Positions 1-8,283 of a DNA stretch of 64,000 bases are shown in pieces (position 1 is the first letter of the stretch; every line of letters starts with the position of its first letter). The DNA is from Actinomycetota bacterium (lineage in GTDB: Bacteria > Actinomycetota > UBA4738 > JBBDHU01), in assembly GCA_040880465.1 (NCBI GenBank), contig JBBDIK010000011.1, positions 103,843-167,842 of the forward strand, written 5' to 3'. The position numbers and the translations under genes are program-made. The notes under the pieces were generated by a model, which had not been told where the DNA came from, made no database searches, and saw only the letters and a program-made list of their open reading frames with translations.

Positions 1-347
1 AGGTCTCGGACATCGCCATGCGCTGGGCCGAGGGGTACTCGTTCGACGCCGAGCAGCTGGCGGTCGAAGTCATCGAGCACGTCGGCCCCGGCGGGCATTT
101 CCTCGGCGAACCCCACACCCTGCAGCACATGCGTGACTTCTGGCGCTCCAAGGTCATGAACCGCCTGACCTGGGAAGATTGGGACGCGGCGGGACGACCC
201 GAGCCGTGGAAGGCCGCGGAAGCCGAGGTCCAGCGGATCCTCGCGGAACACGAACCGGAGCCGCTCCCCGAGGACGTCACGAAGGAGCTCGATCGCATCA
301 TGGATGCGTACGAGGCCGAGGCGATGGAGAACATGGAGGACGACTGA
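1..347 (+). CDS. C-terminal fragment of an MttB-superfamily (trimethylamine methyltransferase-like) methyltransferase. The gene starts left of the window.
   Basis: The open frame runs from the window edge to the stop at 345-347. The translated C-terminus (GGHFLGEPHTLQHMRDFW...) aligns with the C-terminus of the second MttB-like gene at 4607-6061 (GMYLESAHTMGHFREWLY...). The stop overlaps the ATG of the next gene by 1 nt. Confidence 0.7.
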   Translation, partial: VSDIAMRWAEGYSFDAEQLAVEVIEHVGPGGHFLGEPHTLQHMRDFWRSKVMNRLTWEDWDAAGRPEPWKAAEAEVQRILAEHEPEPLPEDVTKELDRIMDAYEAEAMENMEDD

Positions 348-1000
348 TGGCCACCGAAGAACAGATGTATGAACAGCTCAACAAGGGACTCAACGACGGC
401 GACGAGGCCAAGTCGCTCGAAGCCACGCACTGGCTGGTCGACAACGGCGTCAACCCCGTCGAGATCCTCGAGGAAGGCATGGCGAAGGCCATGTTCATCC
501 TCGGCGAACGCTGGAAGCGCGGCGAGGTCTTCCTCCCTGAGGTGGTCGTCTCGGCCGAGGTCTTCAAGAAGTGCAACGCGATCGTCGAGCCCGAGCTGGC
601 CAAGATGGGTGAGGCCAAGGCCTCCTCGCTGGTCGTCATGCTCACGGTGAAGGGCGACCTCCACGACCTGGGCAAGAACATGGTGGGCGCGATGCTCAAG
701 ACCTCAGGCTTCGAGGTGCACGACCTCGGCAAGGACGTTCCCACCGACAAGGTGATCGCTGCCGTCGAGGAGCTCAAGCCCGCCATCGTGGGGATGTCGG
801 CGCTGCTGACGACCACGGTCCCGCAACAGCAGGTCGTCATCAAAGCCCTCAAGAAGAACGGGCTGCGCGACAAGGTCAAGGTCATGGTCGGTGGCGCTCC
901 CGTAACCCAGGAGTGGGCCGATCAGATCGGCGCCGACGGCTACGCGCCCAGCGCTCCGGAGGCCGTCGAGATGGCGAAGCAGTTGATAGGCAAGGCCTAG
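347..1000 (+). CDS. Cobalamin-binding corrinoid protein (MtbC/MttC/MtgC-like)
   Basis: It has the B12-binding motif DxHxxG (GDLHDLGKN), the downstream SxL (MSALL) and GG (MVGGAP) motifs, and the N-terminal helical B12-binding_2 region. Start ATG at 347 overlaps the upstream stop (TGATG). The longer ORF from 179 is rejected because it would overlap the preceding gene. Confidence 0.85.
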   Translation: MATEEQMYEQLNKGLNDGDEAKSLEATHWLVDNGVNPVEILEEGMAKAMFILGERWKRGEVFLPEVVVSAEVFKKCNAIVEPELAKMGEAKASSLVVMLTVKGDLHDLGKNMVGAMLKTSGFEVHDLGKDVPTDKVIAAVEELKPAIVGMSALLTTTVPQQQVVIKALKKNGLRDKVKVMVGGAPVTQEWADQIGADGYAPSAPEAVEMAKQLIGKA

Positions 1001-1166
1001 GCAAGCCGCCCGAAACAGGTTGCGCTGTGGGCAACTTCGTCTCGAGCACGGGGAGCTGCCGGGGGGATGATGGATCCGCTCGCGGTCAGATGCTGTGACC
1101 CGAGGTCACGCTTCGTCATTCGAGGGGGTTCTCACACCCATGAACACCAGGTAAGATGGGCCTCCG

Positions 1167-1196
1167 GGTTCCCGGAACCAAGTTGACTTGAAGTCA
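1167..1196 (+). promoter_or_regulatory. Two adjacent perfect palindromes overlapping a putative -35/-10 promoter, just upstream of the methyltransferase operon. Candidate operator.
   Basis: GGTTCC-C-GGAACC at 1167-1179 and TGACTT-G-AAGTCA at 1184-1196. TTGACT at 1183-1188 is about 17 bp from CATAGA. This is an AT-richer patch in a 70% GC context, about 25 bp before the TTG start at 1219. Confidence 0.4.
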
Positions 1197-1218
1197 TAGA
1201 AGCCACGGGAGGAACGAG

Positions 1219-2091
1219 TTGGCAGAGACGATCCTTGAGGGGACGAACGGTCGCCAGACCGTCATCGGCCCCGGACATCCGTTCGTCATCATCGGCGAAC
1301 GCATCAACCCGACGGGTCGCGAGAAGCTCGGCGACGAGTTCGTGGCCGGCGAGTTCTCCCGGGCGCAGACTGACGCGATCGCACAGGTTGAAGCCGGAGC
1401 CACCGTTCTGGACATCAACGCGGGGATCCCCGGCAAGGACGAAACCGGGATGCTCTGCAGGGCGATCGAAGCCGTACAAGAGGTCGTGGACGTCCCGATC
1501 TGCATCGACTCCTCGACGTTCGAGTGCCTGGAGCCCGCCCTTGAGACCGTCAAGGGCAAACCGATCCTGAACTCGGTGACCGGCGAGGACGAGCATCTCG
1601 AGAAGGTCCTCCCGCTGGTCAAGCGATTCGGCGCAGCCGTCATCGGCATGGCCCACGAGGACTCGATCGAGCAGGACCCCGAGTTGCGGTTCAAGGCCGC
1701 CAAGAAGATCGTCCAGAAAGCCGAGGATCACGGCATCCCGCGTGAGGACGTGCTCATCGACCCACTCGCCATGCCGCTCGGCGGGATCCCCCAATCCGGT
1801 GAGATCCTGTTCTCGATCTGCCGCCGGATCCGCGACGAGCTGGACATCAATATGTCGTGCGGAGCGTCGAACATCTCGTTCGGACTCCCCGACCGGCACG
1901 GTATCGACGCCGCGTTCCTGCCCATGCTGATGATGGTGGGGATGTTCGCATCGATCACCAATCCGCTCGCCCACCACGTGCGTCGGGCGGTCTTGGCCGG
2001 CGACGTGCTGCTCAACACCGACACGATGTCCGTGCACTGGATCAAGTACTTCCGCGAACGCGCGGCGGCGATGGCCGACACCGAGGGATAG
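1219..2091 (+). CDS. Pterin-binding methyltransferase (methylcorrinoid:tetrahydrofolate methyltransferase of the MtgA/MtrH/AcsE/MetH pterin-domain family)
   Basis: TTG start preceded by a GGGAGGA RBS. The ERINPTG motif and DHPS-like TIM-barrel signature residues are present (DxNAG..., ICIDSS). Confidence 0.8.
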   Translation: MAETILEGTNGRQTVIGPGHPFVIIGERINPTGREKLGDEFVAGEFSRAQTDAIAQVEAGATVLDINAGIPGKDETGMLCRAIEAVQEVVDVPICIDSSTFECLEPALETVKGKPILNSVTGEDEHLEKVLPLVKRFGAAVIGMAHEDSIEQDPELRFKAAKKIVQKAEDHGIPREDVLIDPLAMPLGGIPQSGEILFSICRRIRDELDINMSCGASNISFGLPDRHGIDAAFLPMLMMVGMFASITNPLAHHVRRAVLAGDVLLNTDTMSVHWIKYFRERAAAMADTEG

Positions 2092-2116
2092 CGAGCGCCC
2101 GGAGAGAGGCACGCGG

Positions 2117-3958
2117 TTGAAGAAAGTCGAGGTCACCTACCAGCCCAGCGGCAAGGTCGCGCATGTGCCCGAGGGCACAACGGTCTTCAACGCCGCTCAC
2201 TGGGCCGGCCTGCCGATCGAATCCAGCTGCGGCGGGCGCGGCACCTGCGGCAAGTGCAGCGTCCAGGTCCTCGAAGGCGACTTCGCACCGACCCCGGCCG
2301 ACGCCCGCCATCTGACCGAGGCCCAGGTCGACGAAGGCTGGCGGATCTCCTGCCAGGCCGTCATCAACGGCGACGCGCTCTGTGACGTCCCTCGCCTCAT
2401 CTCCAACCCGAAGGCCGCCACGATGGGCGTCAACCGCTTCGTGCTGCTCGAGCCGAACGTCTGGAAGGGCGTCGTCGACATGACGCCGCCCACCCTCGAG
2501 GACGCACGGAGCCACGTGCGCCGGGTCCTCGACTTCCTCGAAGAAGAGGGTTGGGAAGCGAAGGTCGACACGGCCGTCTACGGTCCGCTGGCGAACCTGA
2601 TGACCCAGGTCGCTGAAGGGGACATCGATCAGATCACGGCCGTGACGGTCGAGGATCACTTCATCGCGGTGGAGGAGGGCGACACGACCGGCGAGATGTA
2701 TGGCGTCGCCCTGGACATCGGGACCACGACCGACGTCGCCACCCTCATCGATCTGCGCACCGGCGGCGCCGCGGCGGTCGCTTCTTCCATCAACCGCCAG
2801 GCCTCGTTCGGCGGCGACGTGATCGCCCGGATGGCGCACGCCATGAAGGGTGAGGAGCAGATCGAACAGCTCCGCGAGGCGGTGGTCGAGACCATCAACG
2901 ACCTGCTCGACCAGGTCTACGCGGAGGCCGGCGTCATGCGGGACCGCACCTACGAGATGGTCGTCGTCGGGAACGCCACGATGCTGCACCTGTTCCTCGG
3001 GGTCCGGCCGGATTCGATCGCCGTCTCCCCGTTCACGTCCACGTTCCTCGAGCCGCTGAACCTGCGGGCAACCGACGTCGGGGTCAACATCCACCCGCAG
3101 GGCCGCGTGCAGCTGTTCCCGTCCCTCGGGGCCTACGTGGGCGCCGACCTCGTCGGGGACGTGGTCGCCACCGGGCTCGCGCGCGAGGACACCAAGCGGC
3201 TCATCGTCGACGTCGGAACCAACGGCGAGATCATCATCGGCTCCGCGGACCGGATCATCGGCACCGCTGCACCGGCGGGCCCCGCGTTCGAGGGCGCCGA
3301 GATCCTGCATGGGATGCGCGCCACGGACGGCGCCATCGAGGGGATCACGCTGGGCGACGATGTCGAGCTGCAGATCATCGGCGGCAACGACCTGGAGGCG
3401 AAGGGTCTGTGTGGTTCAGGTCTCATCGATGCGGTCGCGCAGCTACGCCTCGTGGGGATCATCAACGAGAAGGGTGGCTTCAAGAGCCCCGAGGACCTCG
3501 CCGGGCATCCACTGGCGGACCGGGTCACCGAGCACGAGGGCATCAAGGCCTTCCGCTTCGCAGAGCACGTCCTGCTCACCCAGAAGGACATCCGCGAGAT
3601 GCAGTTCGCCAAGGGAGCCATCGCGACGGGCGTCGAGACGGCGATGCGCGAGATCGGCTGGTCCGCCGGCGACCTCGACGAGGTGTGCCTCGCAGGCTCC
3701 TTCGGCAGCTACATCAACCCCGAGAGCGCGAAGATCATCGGCCTGGTCCCGGCGGTCCCGGTCGAGAAGATCAAGGCCATCGGCAACGCCGCCAGCGAAG
3801 GTGCGAAGATGGCGCTCATGTCGTTCCGCGAACGTGAGGTGGCGTTCGAGCTCCCGACCTGGATCGAGTACCTGGAGCTGTCCGGGGTCGAGGACTTCAA
3901 CGACCGTTTCATCCAGAACCTCGGCTTCCCCGAACTCGAGGCGGTCTCGAGCCCATGA
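2117..3958 (+). CDS. ramA: RamA-type corrinoid reductive activase: N-terminal 2Fe-2S ferredoxin domain plus an ASKHA ATPase domain
   Basis: The N-terminus has CGGRGTCGKC plus a downstream Cys (plant-type 2Fe-2S). The large C-terminal region has actin-like ATPase motifs (DIGTTT, DVGTNGEI, GSFGS). TTG start with GGAGAGAGG RBS. Stop overlaps the next ATG (ATGA). Confidence 0.8.
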   Translation: MKKVEVTYQPSGKVAHVPEGTTVFNAAHWAGLPIESSCGGRGTCGKCSVQVLEGDFAPTPADARHLTEAQVDEGWRISCQAVINGDALCDVPRLISNPKAATMGVNRFVLLEPNVWKGVVDMTPPTLEDARSHVRRVLDFLEEEGWEAKVDTAVYGPLANLMTQVAEGDIDQITAVTVEDHFIAVEEGDTTGEMYGVALDIGTTTDVATLIDLRTGGAAAVASSINRQASFGGDVIARMAHAMKGEEQIEQLREAVVETINDLLDQVYAEAGVMRDRTYEMVVVGNATMLHLFLGVRPDSIAVSPFTSTFLEPLNLRATDVGVNIHPQGRVQLFPSLGAYVGADLVGDVVATGLAREDTKRLIVDVGTNGEIIIGSADRIIGTAAPAGPAFEGAEILHGMRATDGAIEGITLGDDVELQIIGGNDLEAKGLCGSGLIDAVAQLRLVGIINEKGGFKSPEDLAGHPLADRVTEHEGIKAFRFAEHVLLTQKDIREMQFAKGAIATGVETAMREIGWSAGDLDEVCLAGSFGSYINPESAKIIGLVPAVPVEKIKAIGNAASEGAKMALMSFREREVAFELPTWIEYLELSGVEDFNDRFIQNLGFPELEAVSSP

Positions 3959-4626
3959 CTACCGGCACTCGGGCCAGCGACGGACACACCGCGGCCGGAG
4001 ATGCCCGCCCGGAGAACCGACCCACGGTCAGTTTGCTGACGTGCGGGGCCCTCTCAAAGGAGGTGCTCGAAGTCGTCGAGCGTCGCGGCTGGGACATCGA
4101 CATCCACGGCGTTTCGGCCCTGCACCACCTGGATCCGCCCAAGATCGCGCGCGACGTCGACCGCAAGCTCGCCGACCTGACCCAGCGCTACGAACGGGTC
4201 GTCATCGTCTACGGGGACTGCGGAACCGGCGGCGCGCTCGACTCGGTCATCGCGAAGTACCCGGCCGCCCGCCCAGCCGGCGTTCACTGCTACCAATGGT
4301 TCCTGCAAGAGGATCCGCAGGACATCGTCGACAACCGGACCGGGACGTACTTCCTCACCGACTGGCTGATCCGCAACTGGGATCTGGCGGTGATGAAGGG
4401 CCTGGGACTCGACCGGTACCCGCAACTCAAGGACGTGTACTTCGGGAACCTGACGGACGTGCTATATCTGCGCCAGAGCGCCGAGCCGAACGCCGAACTG
4501 GAGGCCAAGGCCCGCGAGATCGCCTCGTACATGGGCCTTGCCATCGAGGTCAAGGACACGGGCGTCACCCCCCTGGAAGCACTACTCGTACCTCTCGTGG
4601 AGGAAGATGCCGATGTTCACGCCTGA
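3955..4626 (+). CDS. DUF1638-family protein, a family commonly encoded next to corrinoid methyltransferase genes
   Basis: ATG at 3955 overlaps the ramA stop. Sequence features (..LLTCGAL..VIVYGDCGTGG..) fit DUF1638. Its 3' end overlaps the next gene by 20 nt. Confidence 0.65.
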   Translation: MTTGTRASDGHTAAGDARPENRPTVSLLTCGALSKEVLEVVERRGWDIDIHGVSALHHLDPPKIARDVDRKLADLTQRYERVVIVYGDCGTGGALDSVIAKYPAARPAGVHCYQWFLQEDPQDIVDNRTGTYFLTDWLIRNWDLAVMKGLGLDRYPQLKDVYFGNLTDVLYLRQSAEPNAELEAKAREIASYMGLAIEVKDTGVTPLEALLVPLVEEDADVHA

Positions 4627-6061
4627 TGACGCACCGAAGGTCCTGACGGAGGAGCAGCTCGACACGATCCACGAACAGGCGTTGACGATCCTCGAGGACG
4701 TGGGGATGGACATCCTCTGGGACCCGGCCCTCGAACTCCTCGGCGCGGAGGGGAACAAGGTCGAGGGCACGCGCGTGCGCTTCGACCGCGCGTGGCTGAT
4801 GGAGATGGTGGCGAAAGCCCCCACGACGTTCTCCGTACGCCCCCGGAATCCGGAGAACGAGATCATGGTTGGCGATGGGAGCCTCGTGCTCCTTCCGGTC
4901 GGGGGTTCGCCCTTCGTCTCCGATCTGGACCGAGGCAGGCGAAGCGGCACGATCGCCGACCACGACGAACTGATCAAGCTCGCTCACGCGACCGACATCA
5001 TCACCTGCCTGCAGAGCGCGACGGTCGAGGCGCAAGACCTGCCGGTCATGACGCGGCACATGGACATGGACTATTCGATCCTGCGGAACTCTGACAAGGC
5101 CTATGTCGCCTACGGCGGCACCGGGTACAAGGTCCGCGACAGCATCGAGATGGCCGCCATCGCGTGCGGCGGGCGTGCCGCCATCGAGGAGATCCCGGGC
5201 ACCATGGTCGTGATCAACCCGATCAGCCCGCTGGTGTGGGATGAGCGGATGTCCGACGCACTGATCGCGACGGCCGAGGCCAACCAGGGTCTGATCGTGA
5301 CCCCGTTCCTGCTGGCCGGAGCGACCGCCCCGGTCTCGATCTCGGGCTCGCTCTCGATCCAGGTCGCGGAGGCCCTCTCCGGGACGGCGATCGCCCAGGC
5401 CGTTCGGCCAGGAACGCCGTGCATGTACGGCTCGTTCTTCACGCCGCTGGACATGCGTACCGGCGCTCCGGCGTTCGGCTTGCCGCAGGGCGTCCTGGGA
5501 ACGCTTGCTGGCGCCCAGCTCTCGCGACGGTACGGCCTTCCGTACCGCGGCGGCGGGGCCCTCGCGTCGGGCAACGCCGTCGACGGACAGGCAGCGTCCG
5601 AGAGCGCGAACTCCCTCTGGGCGACGTTCCTCGCGGCGAGCGACTTCGTCCTGCACGCGGCCGGCTGGCTGGAGGGCGGACTGACCGCATCGTTCGAGAA
5701 GTTCGCGCTGGACGTGGAGATGTGCAGGGAGTTCCTCAAGACCAAGGAGGGCATCGGGTTCACCGACGAGGAGCTCGCACTCGATGAGATCGAGCACATG
5801 GGCCCGGCCGGCATGTACCTGGAATCTGCCCACACGATGGGCCACTTCCGCGAATGGCTCTACATGAGCCCCCTGTTCACGACTCCGGACTTCAACACGT
5901 GGCAAGCGATGGGCGAAGAAGGACTCGACCGGCGCGCGAACGCGATGTGGAAGCAGATCCTCGAGTCCTACGAGGACCCCGGGATCGACGACGCCGTCGA
6001 CGAGGAACTCCGCGAGTTCATCGCCAAACGCAAGGAGGAAACGGTCGACGACGACGAGTGA
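4607..6061 (+). CDS. MttB-superfamily methyltransferase, second paralog, non-pyrrolysine type
   Basis: Uninterrupted 485-codon frame with no internal TAG. ATG at 4607 follows a GGAGGA RBS. N- and C-terminal regions are typical of the TMA-methyltransferase/MttB family (TIM barrel). The ORF-track start at 4538 is rejected for lack of an RBS. Confidence 0.85.
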   Translation: MPMFTPDDAPKVLTEEQLDTIHEQALTILEDVGMDILWDPALELLGAEGNKVEGTRVRFDRAWLMEMVAKAPTTFSVRPRNPENEIMVGDGSLVLLPVGGSPFVSDLDRGRRSGTIADHDELIKLAHATDIITCLQSATVEAQDLPVMTRHMDMDYSILRNSDKAYVAYGGTGYKVRDSIEMAAIACGGRAAIEEIPGTMVVINPISPLVWDERMSDALIATAEANQGLIVTPFLLAGATAPVSISGSLSIQVAEALSGTAIAQAVRPGTPCMYGSFFTPLDMRTGAPAFGLPQGVLGTLAGAQLSRRYGLPYRGGGALASGNAVDGQAASESANSLWATFLAASDFVLHAAGWLEGGLTASFEKFALDVEMCREFLKTKEGIGFTDEELALDEIEHMGPAGMYLESAHTMGHFREWLYMSPLFTTPDFNTWQAMGEEGLDRRANAMWKQILESYEDPGIDDAVDEELREFIAKRKEETVDDDE

Positions 6062-6073
6062 CATGATGTTCCG

Positions 6074-6307
6074 GTGAGTCCATTCCCGACGGACCCCGAC
6101 GTCTCGACCGTTCATCTCGGCGCGTTCACCCACGAACACGCCGACGAGATCGCCGGCAAGCTCGAGGGGGCCGGCATCTCGTGGTGGTACAAGCAGCCGG
6201 GGTTCATCAGCCAGATCTGGGAGATGGGCCAGGTTCACCTCTTCGTCGACCGCGACCGGCTGACGGATGCTCAAGCGTTCGCTCGCGAGGTGCTCGGCGA
6301 GGGCTAG
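6074..6307 (+). CDS. Small hypothetical protein (77 aa)
   Basis: GTG start 13 bp after the MttB stop. No clear RBS and no recognisable domain. Confidence 0.3.
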   Translation: MSPFPTDPDVSTVHLGAFTHEHADEIAGKLEGAGISWWYKQPGFISQIWEMGQVHLFVDRDRLTDAQAFAREVLGEG

Positions 6308-6395
6308 GGCGAGACGCAGCGGCCCTCCCCATCACCACAAGCCTCAGCGCCGAGACCAGCTCAGCCGGCCCCGGCGCCCAGGGAAGTGAGCCCTG

Positions 6396-6596
6396 TTACG
6401 CGGCTTCGCGCTTCTTGCGCTTTCCGCGCGGTGTGTAGCTGTGCACGGGTTCGTGCTGCCAGCAGAAATCCCAACGGTTGTACATCGACAGCTTGGTCCC
6501 GCAGCCAGGCGCCGCGCAGACCCGATCGTCGGTGTACGTGCGGTTGGGCCGCGGGAGCGACCGGACGTGCACGCCTCGGTAGACCGATTCTGCCAT
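6396..6596 (-). CDS. Small Cys/His-containing basic protein (66 aa), possibly a zinc-binding protein
   Basis: Good RBS (GGAGAG) 6 nt before the ATG. It has three Cys plus His and a lysine/arginine tail. A long 5' leader of about 360 bp lies upstream. Confidence 0.45.
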   Translation of the reverse strand: MAESVYRGVHVRSLPRPNRTYTDDRVCAAPGCGTKLSMYNRWDFCWQHEPVHSYTPRGKRKKREAA

Positions 6597-6882
6597 CGTT
6601 TCTCTCCTCTTCGAGAGGTATCGGCCCCCCCGGGCGACTCCTGAGCCCCGTGAGGACCTTCTTCACAGTGTTCGAACACCGGAGGCGTCCGGTTCGTTCC
6701 CAGGACGAGAAGGAAACCTCTGCAGGCATCGCACCTTCGGGAACGTGCGGAGGCGCAGAAGCGGACGTTTCCGCAGCTCAGAGCCCATCTTCGGTTGGGC
6801 GGCCAACAGGACGATCGGCGGCGGCGATCCGAGGCCTGTCCCAGGAAGCGACCGAGTCGGCGTTGTTCGCGACCTTCCTGAG

Positions 6883-6900
6883 TGTCAGGAATCTGACACC
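6883..6900 (-). terminator. Perfect hairpin GTGTCAG-GAAT-CTGACAC, 58 bp downstream of the crotonase gene. Candidate factor-independent terminator or operator.
   Basis: Inverted repeat with 7-bp arms and a 4-nt loop. No U-tract follows. Confidence 0.25.
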
Positions 6901-6957
6901 TCGCTCGCAGGCGTACGCGGCCGTCGCCCTTACAAAGGCCTTTCCGACTCCTTGCCC

Positions 6958-7737
6958 CTATCGGCCCTCGAAGACCGCCTTGCCGGGACCGTCCTTCAAG
7001 AGCGATCTCATCCCCGTCTTCTGATCCTCGGTGCCGAAGAGCTGGACGAAGTTCTGCCGCTCGACCTCCTGGCCCTCGCGTCGGGTCGTGTGCAGGCCCT
7101 CTCCGATCGATCGCTTGGCCGCTGCCAGCGCCACCGTCGGCCCCTTCGCGAACCGACGGGCATCCTCGACCGCCTTCTCGTAGACCTCCTTGACGGGGAC
7201 AACGCGGTCGACCATGCCGAGCTGCAGAGCCTCATCGGCCTTGACCTGGCGTCCGCTGAAGATGATGTCCTTCGCGCGCGATACCCCGATCAGAAGCGGG
7301 AGCCGCTGGGTCCCGCCGGCGCCGGGGATGATCCCGAGCAGGATCTCGGGGAGCCCGATCTTGGCGTTGTCCGCCGCATACCTGAGGTCGGCCGCAAGCG
7401 CGAGCTCGTACCCCCCGCCGAGCGCGTATCCATTGATCGCCGCGATCGTGACCTTCGGCAGATCCTCGACGACGTCGAGCGCCGTCTGCAGTTTGACGAT
7501 GTGCGGCCAGACGTCGTCGGGCGTCCGGTCGACCATCTCGGCGACGTCCGCGCCAGCGGCGAAGATCCGAGGCCCCCCCCAGATCACGACGGCACCGATA
7601 TCGTCGCGCCCGCCGGCCTCGCGGGCGACGTCCGTCAACTCCTCAGCGACCTGGCCGCTGATGGCATTCAGCTTCGGCCGGTCGAGCCGGATCGTCCCGA
7701 CGCCATCGTCAACCTCGAGCCGAACGAACTCTCCCAT
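6958..7737 (-). CDS. Enoyl-CoA hydratase/isomerase (crotonase family)
   Basis: Crotonase fold motifs (AAINGYALGGGYELALAADLR, GLPEILLGIIPGAGGTQRL). ATG at 7737 with GAGGAGG RBS. Confidence 0.85.
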   Translation of the reverse strand: MGEFVRLEVDDGVGTIRLDRPKLNAISGQVAEELTDVAREAGGRDDIGAVVIWGGPRIFAAGADVAEMVDRTPDDVWPHIVKLQTALDVVEDLPKVTIAAINGYALGGGYELALAADLRYAADNAKIGLPEILLGIIPGAGGTQRLPLLIGVSRAKDIIFSGRQVKADEALQLGMVDRVVPVKEVYEKAVEDARRFAKGPTVALAAAKRSIGEGLHTTRREGQEVERQNFVQLFGTEDQKTGMRSLLKDGPGKAVFEGR

Positions 7738-7768
7738 CGATCCTCCTCGAACATACCTCTGACCGGTG

Positions 7769-7833
7769 TGCAGGCCCTGCAATCCTTCCAGACCGGGACC
7801 CGGCCTTCATGTCGCTGATGCAAGGCCTTGCAG
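7769..7833 (+). promoter_or_regulatory. Two palindromes in the divergent promoter between the crotonase gene and the Fur-family gene. The second matches the TTGCAA-N4-TTGCAA architecture also found at the metal-ABC promoter.
   Basis: TGCAGG-C-CCTGCA at 7769-7781 and aTGCAA-GGCC-TTGCAg at 7818-7833, the latter overlapping the regulator start region. Confidence 0.4.
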
Positions 7834-7851
7834 ATGCTACACTCCGTGCCC

Positions 7852-8283
7852 ATGGCCGACACCGACATCCTCGACCGGCTCCGCGAACGCGGCCTCCGCA
7901 TGACCCCCCAACGCCGGGCGATCGTGAGCGAGATCATGCGCTCGAAGGGGCATATCAACCCGGCCTCGATCACCCGGAAGGTGCAGACGCAGATGCCCGG
8001 CGTGAACGCGTCAACCGTCTACCGCACGCTCACGACCCTCGAAGAGATCGGCGTCATCTCCCACGCACACCTGGAATCCGGCGCCGAATACCACCGGGCC
8101 GAGGAGGCCGAGCACGTGCACCTGATGTGCTCGAACTGCGGTTCCGACGACGAGCTCTCCACGAAGGAAGCCGATGCCCTGGCCGGCCTGGTCCGGCGGC
8201 ACCGGGGGTTCGAGCCGGACCTCACGCACTTCGCGATCAGCGGCTCCTGCGCCCGCTGCAAGGAACGAGCCGGCCGACCCTAG
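7852..8283 (+). CDS. zur: Fur-family metalloregulator, Zur-like by gene context
   Basis: Fur DNA-binding helix region (MTPQRRAIV), HAH motif, and two CxxC pairs forming a structural Zn site. Alternative in-frame starts at 7828 (TTG) and 7834 (ATG). It is convergent with the metal ABC transporter. Confidence 0.75.
   Translation: MADTDILDRLRERGLRMTPQRRAIVSEIMRSKGHINPASITRKVQTQMPGVNASTVYRTLTTLEEIGVISHAHLESGAEYHRAEEAEHVHLMCSNCGSDDELSTKEADALAGLVRRHRGFEPDLTHFAISGSCARCKERAGRP

Noticed and set aside
179-1000. A longer ORF-track version of the corrinoid protein starting at 179
   Set aside because: The N-terminal 56 codons overlap the preceding MttB gene in another frame and are Arg/Gly-rich. The ATG at 347 overlaps the upstream stop (TGATG) and gives a canonical corrinoid-protein N-terminus.
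4538-4606. An upstream start for the second MttB gene, as listed in the ORF track
   Set aside because: It has no RBS and would overlap the DUF1638 gene by 90 nt. The ATG at 4607 follows a GGAGGA RBS and yields a typical MttB N-terminus.
3309-4646. Long antisense or alternative-frame ORFs typical of high-GC DNA. Examples: 3309-4646, 7809-9269, 11150-12667, 12729-14429 (minus), 18430-19392, 19971-20942, 23463-25040, 25220-26578, 35282-36298, 39214-40296, 45175-46323, 46220-47425, 48740-49957, 57458-58951, 59033-59995, 61140-62384, 62309-63442.
   Set aside because: Each lies opposite or out of frame to a gene with a clear family assignment. They translate to Arg/Gly/Pro/Asp-rich low-complexity sequence and have no motifs. 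These are expected spurious ORFs in 70% GC DNA.
4607-6061. Possibility of a pyrrolysine (in-frame TAG) methylamine methyltransferase
   Set aside because: The 485-codon frame is uninterrupted, so this is a non-Pyl MttB-superfamily member. No pylTSBCD-like genes are in the window.
6745-7818. A 357-codon plus-strand ORF across the crotonase locus
   Set aside because: It is antisense to a well-supported enoyl-CoA hydratase gene that has an RBS and full-length family motifs. Its own translation is low-complexity.
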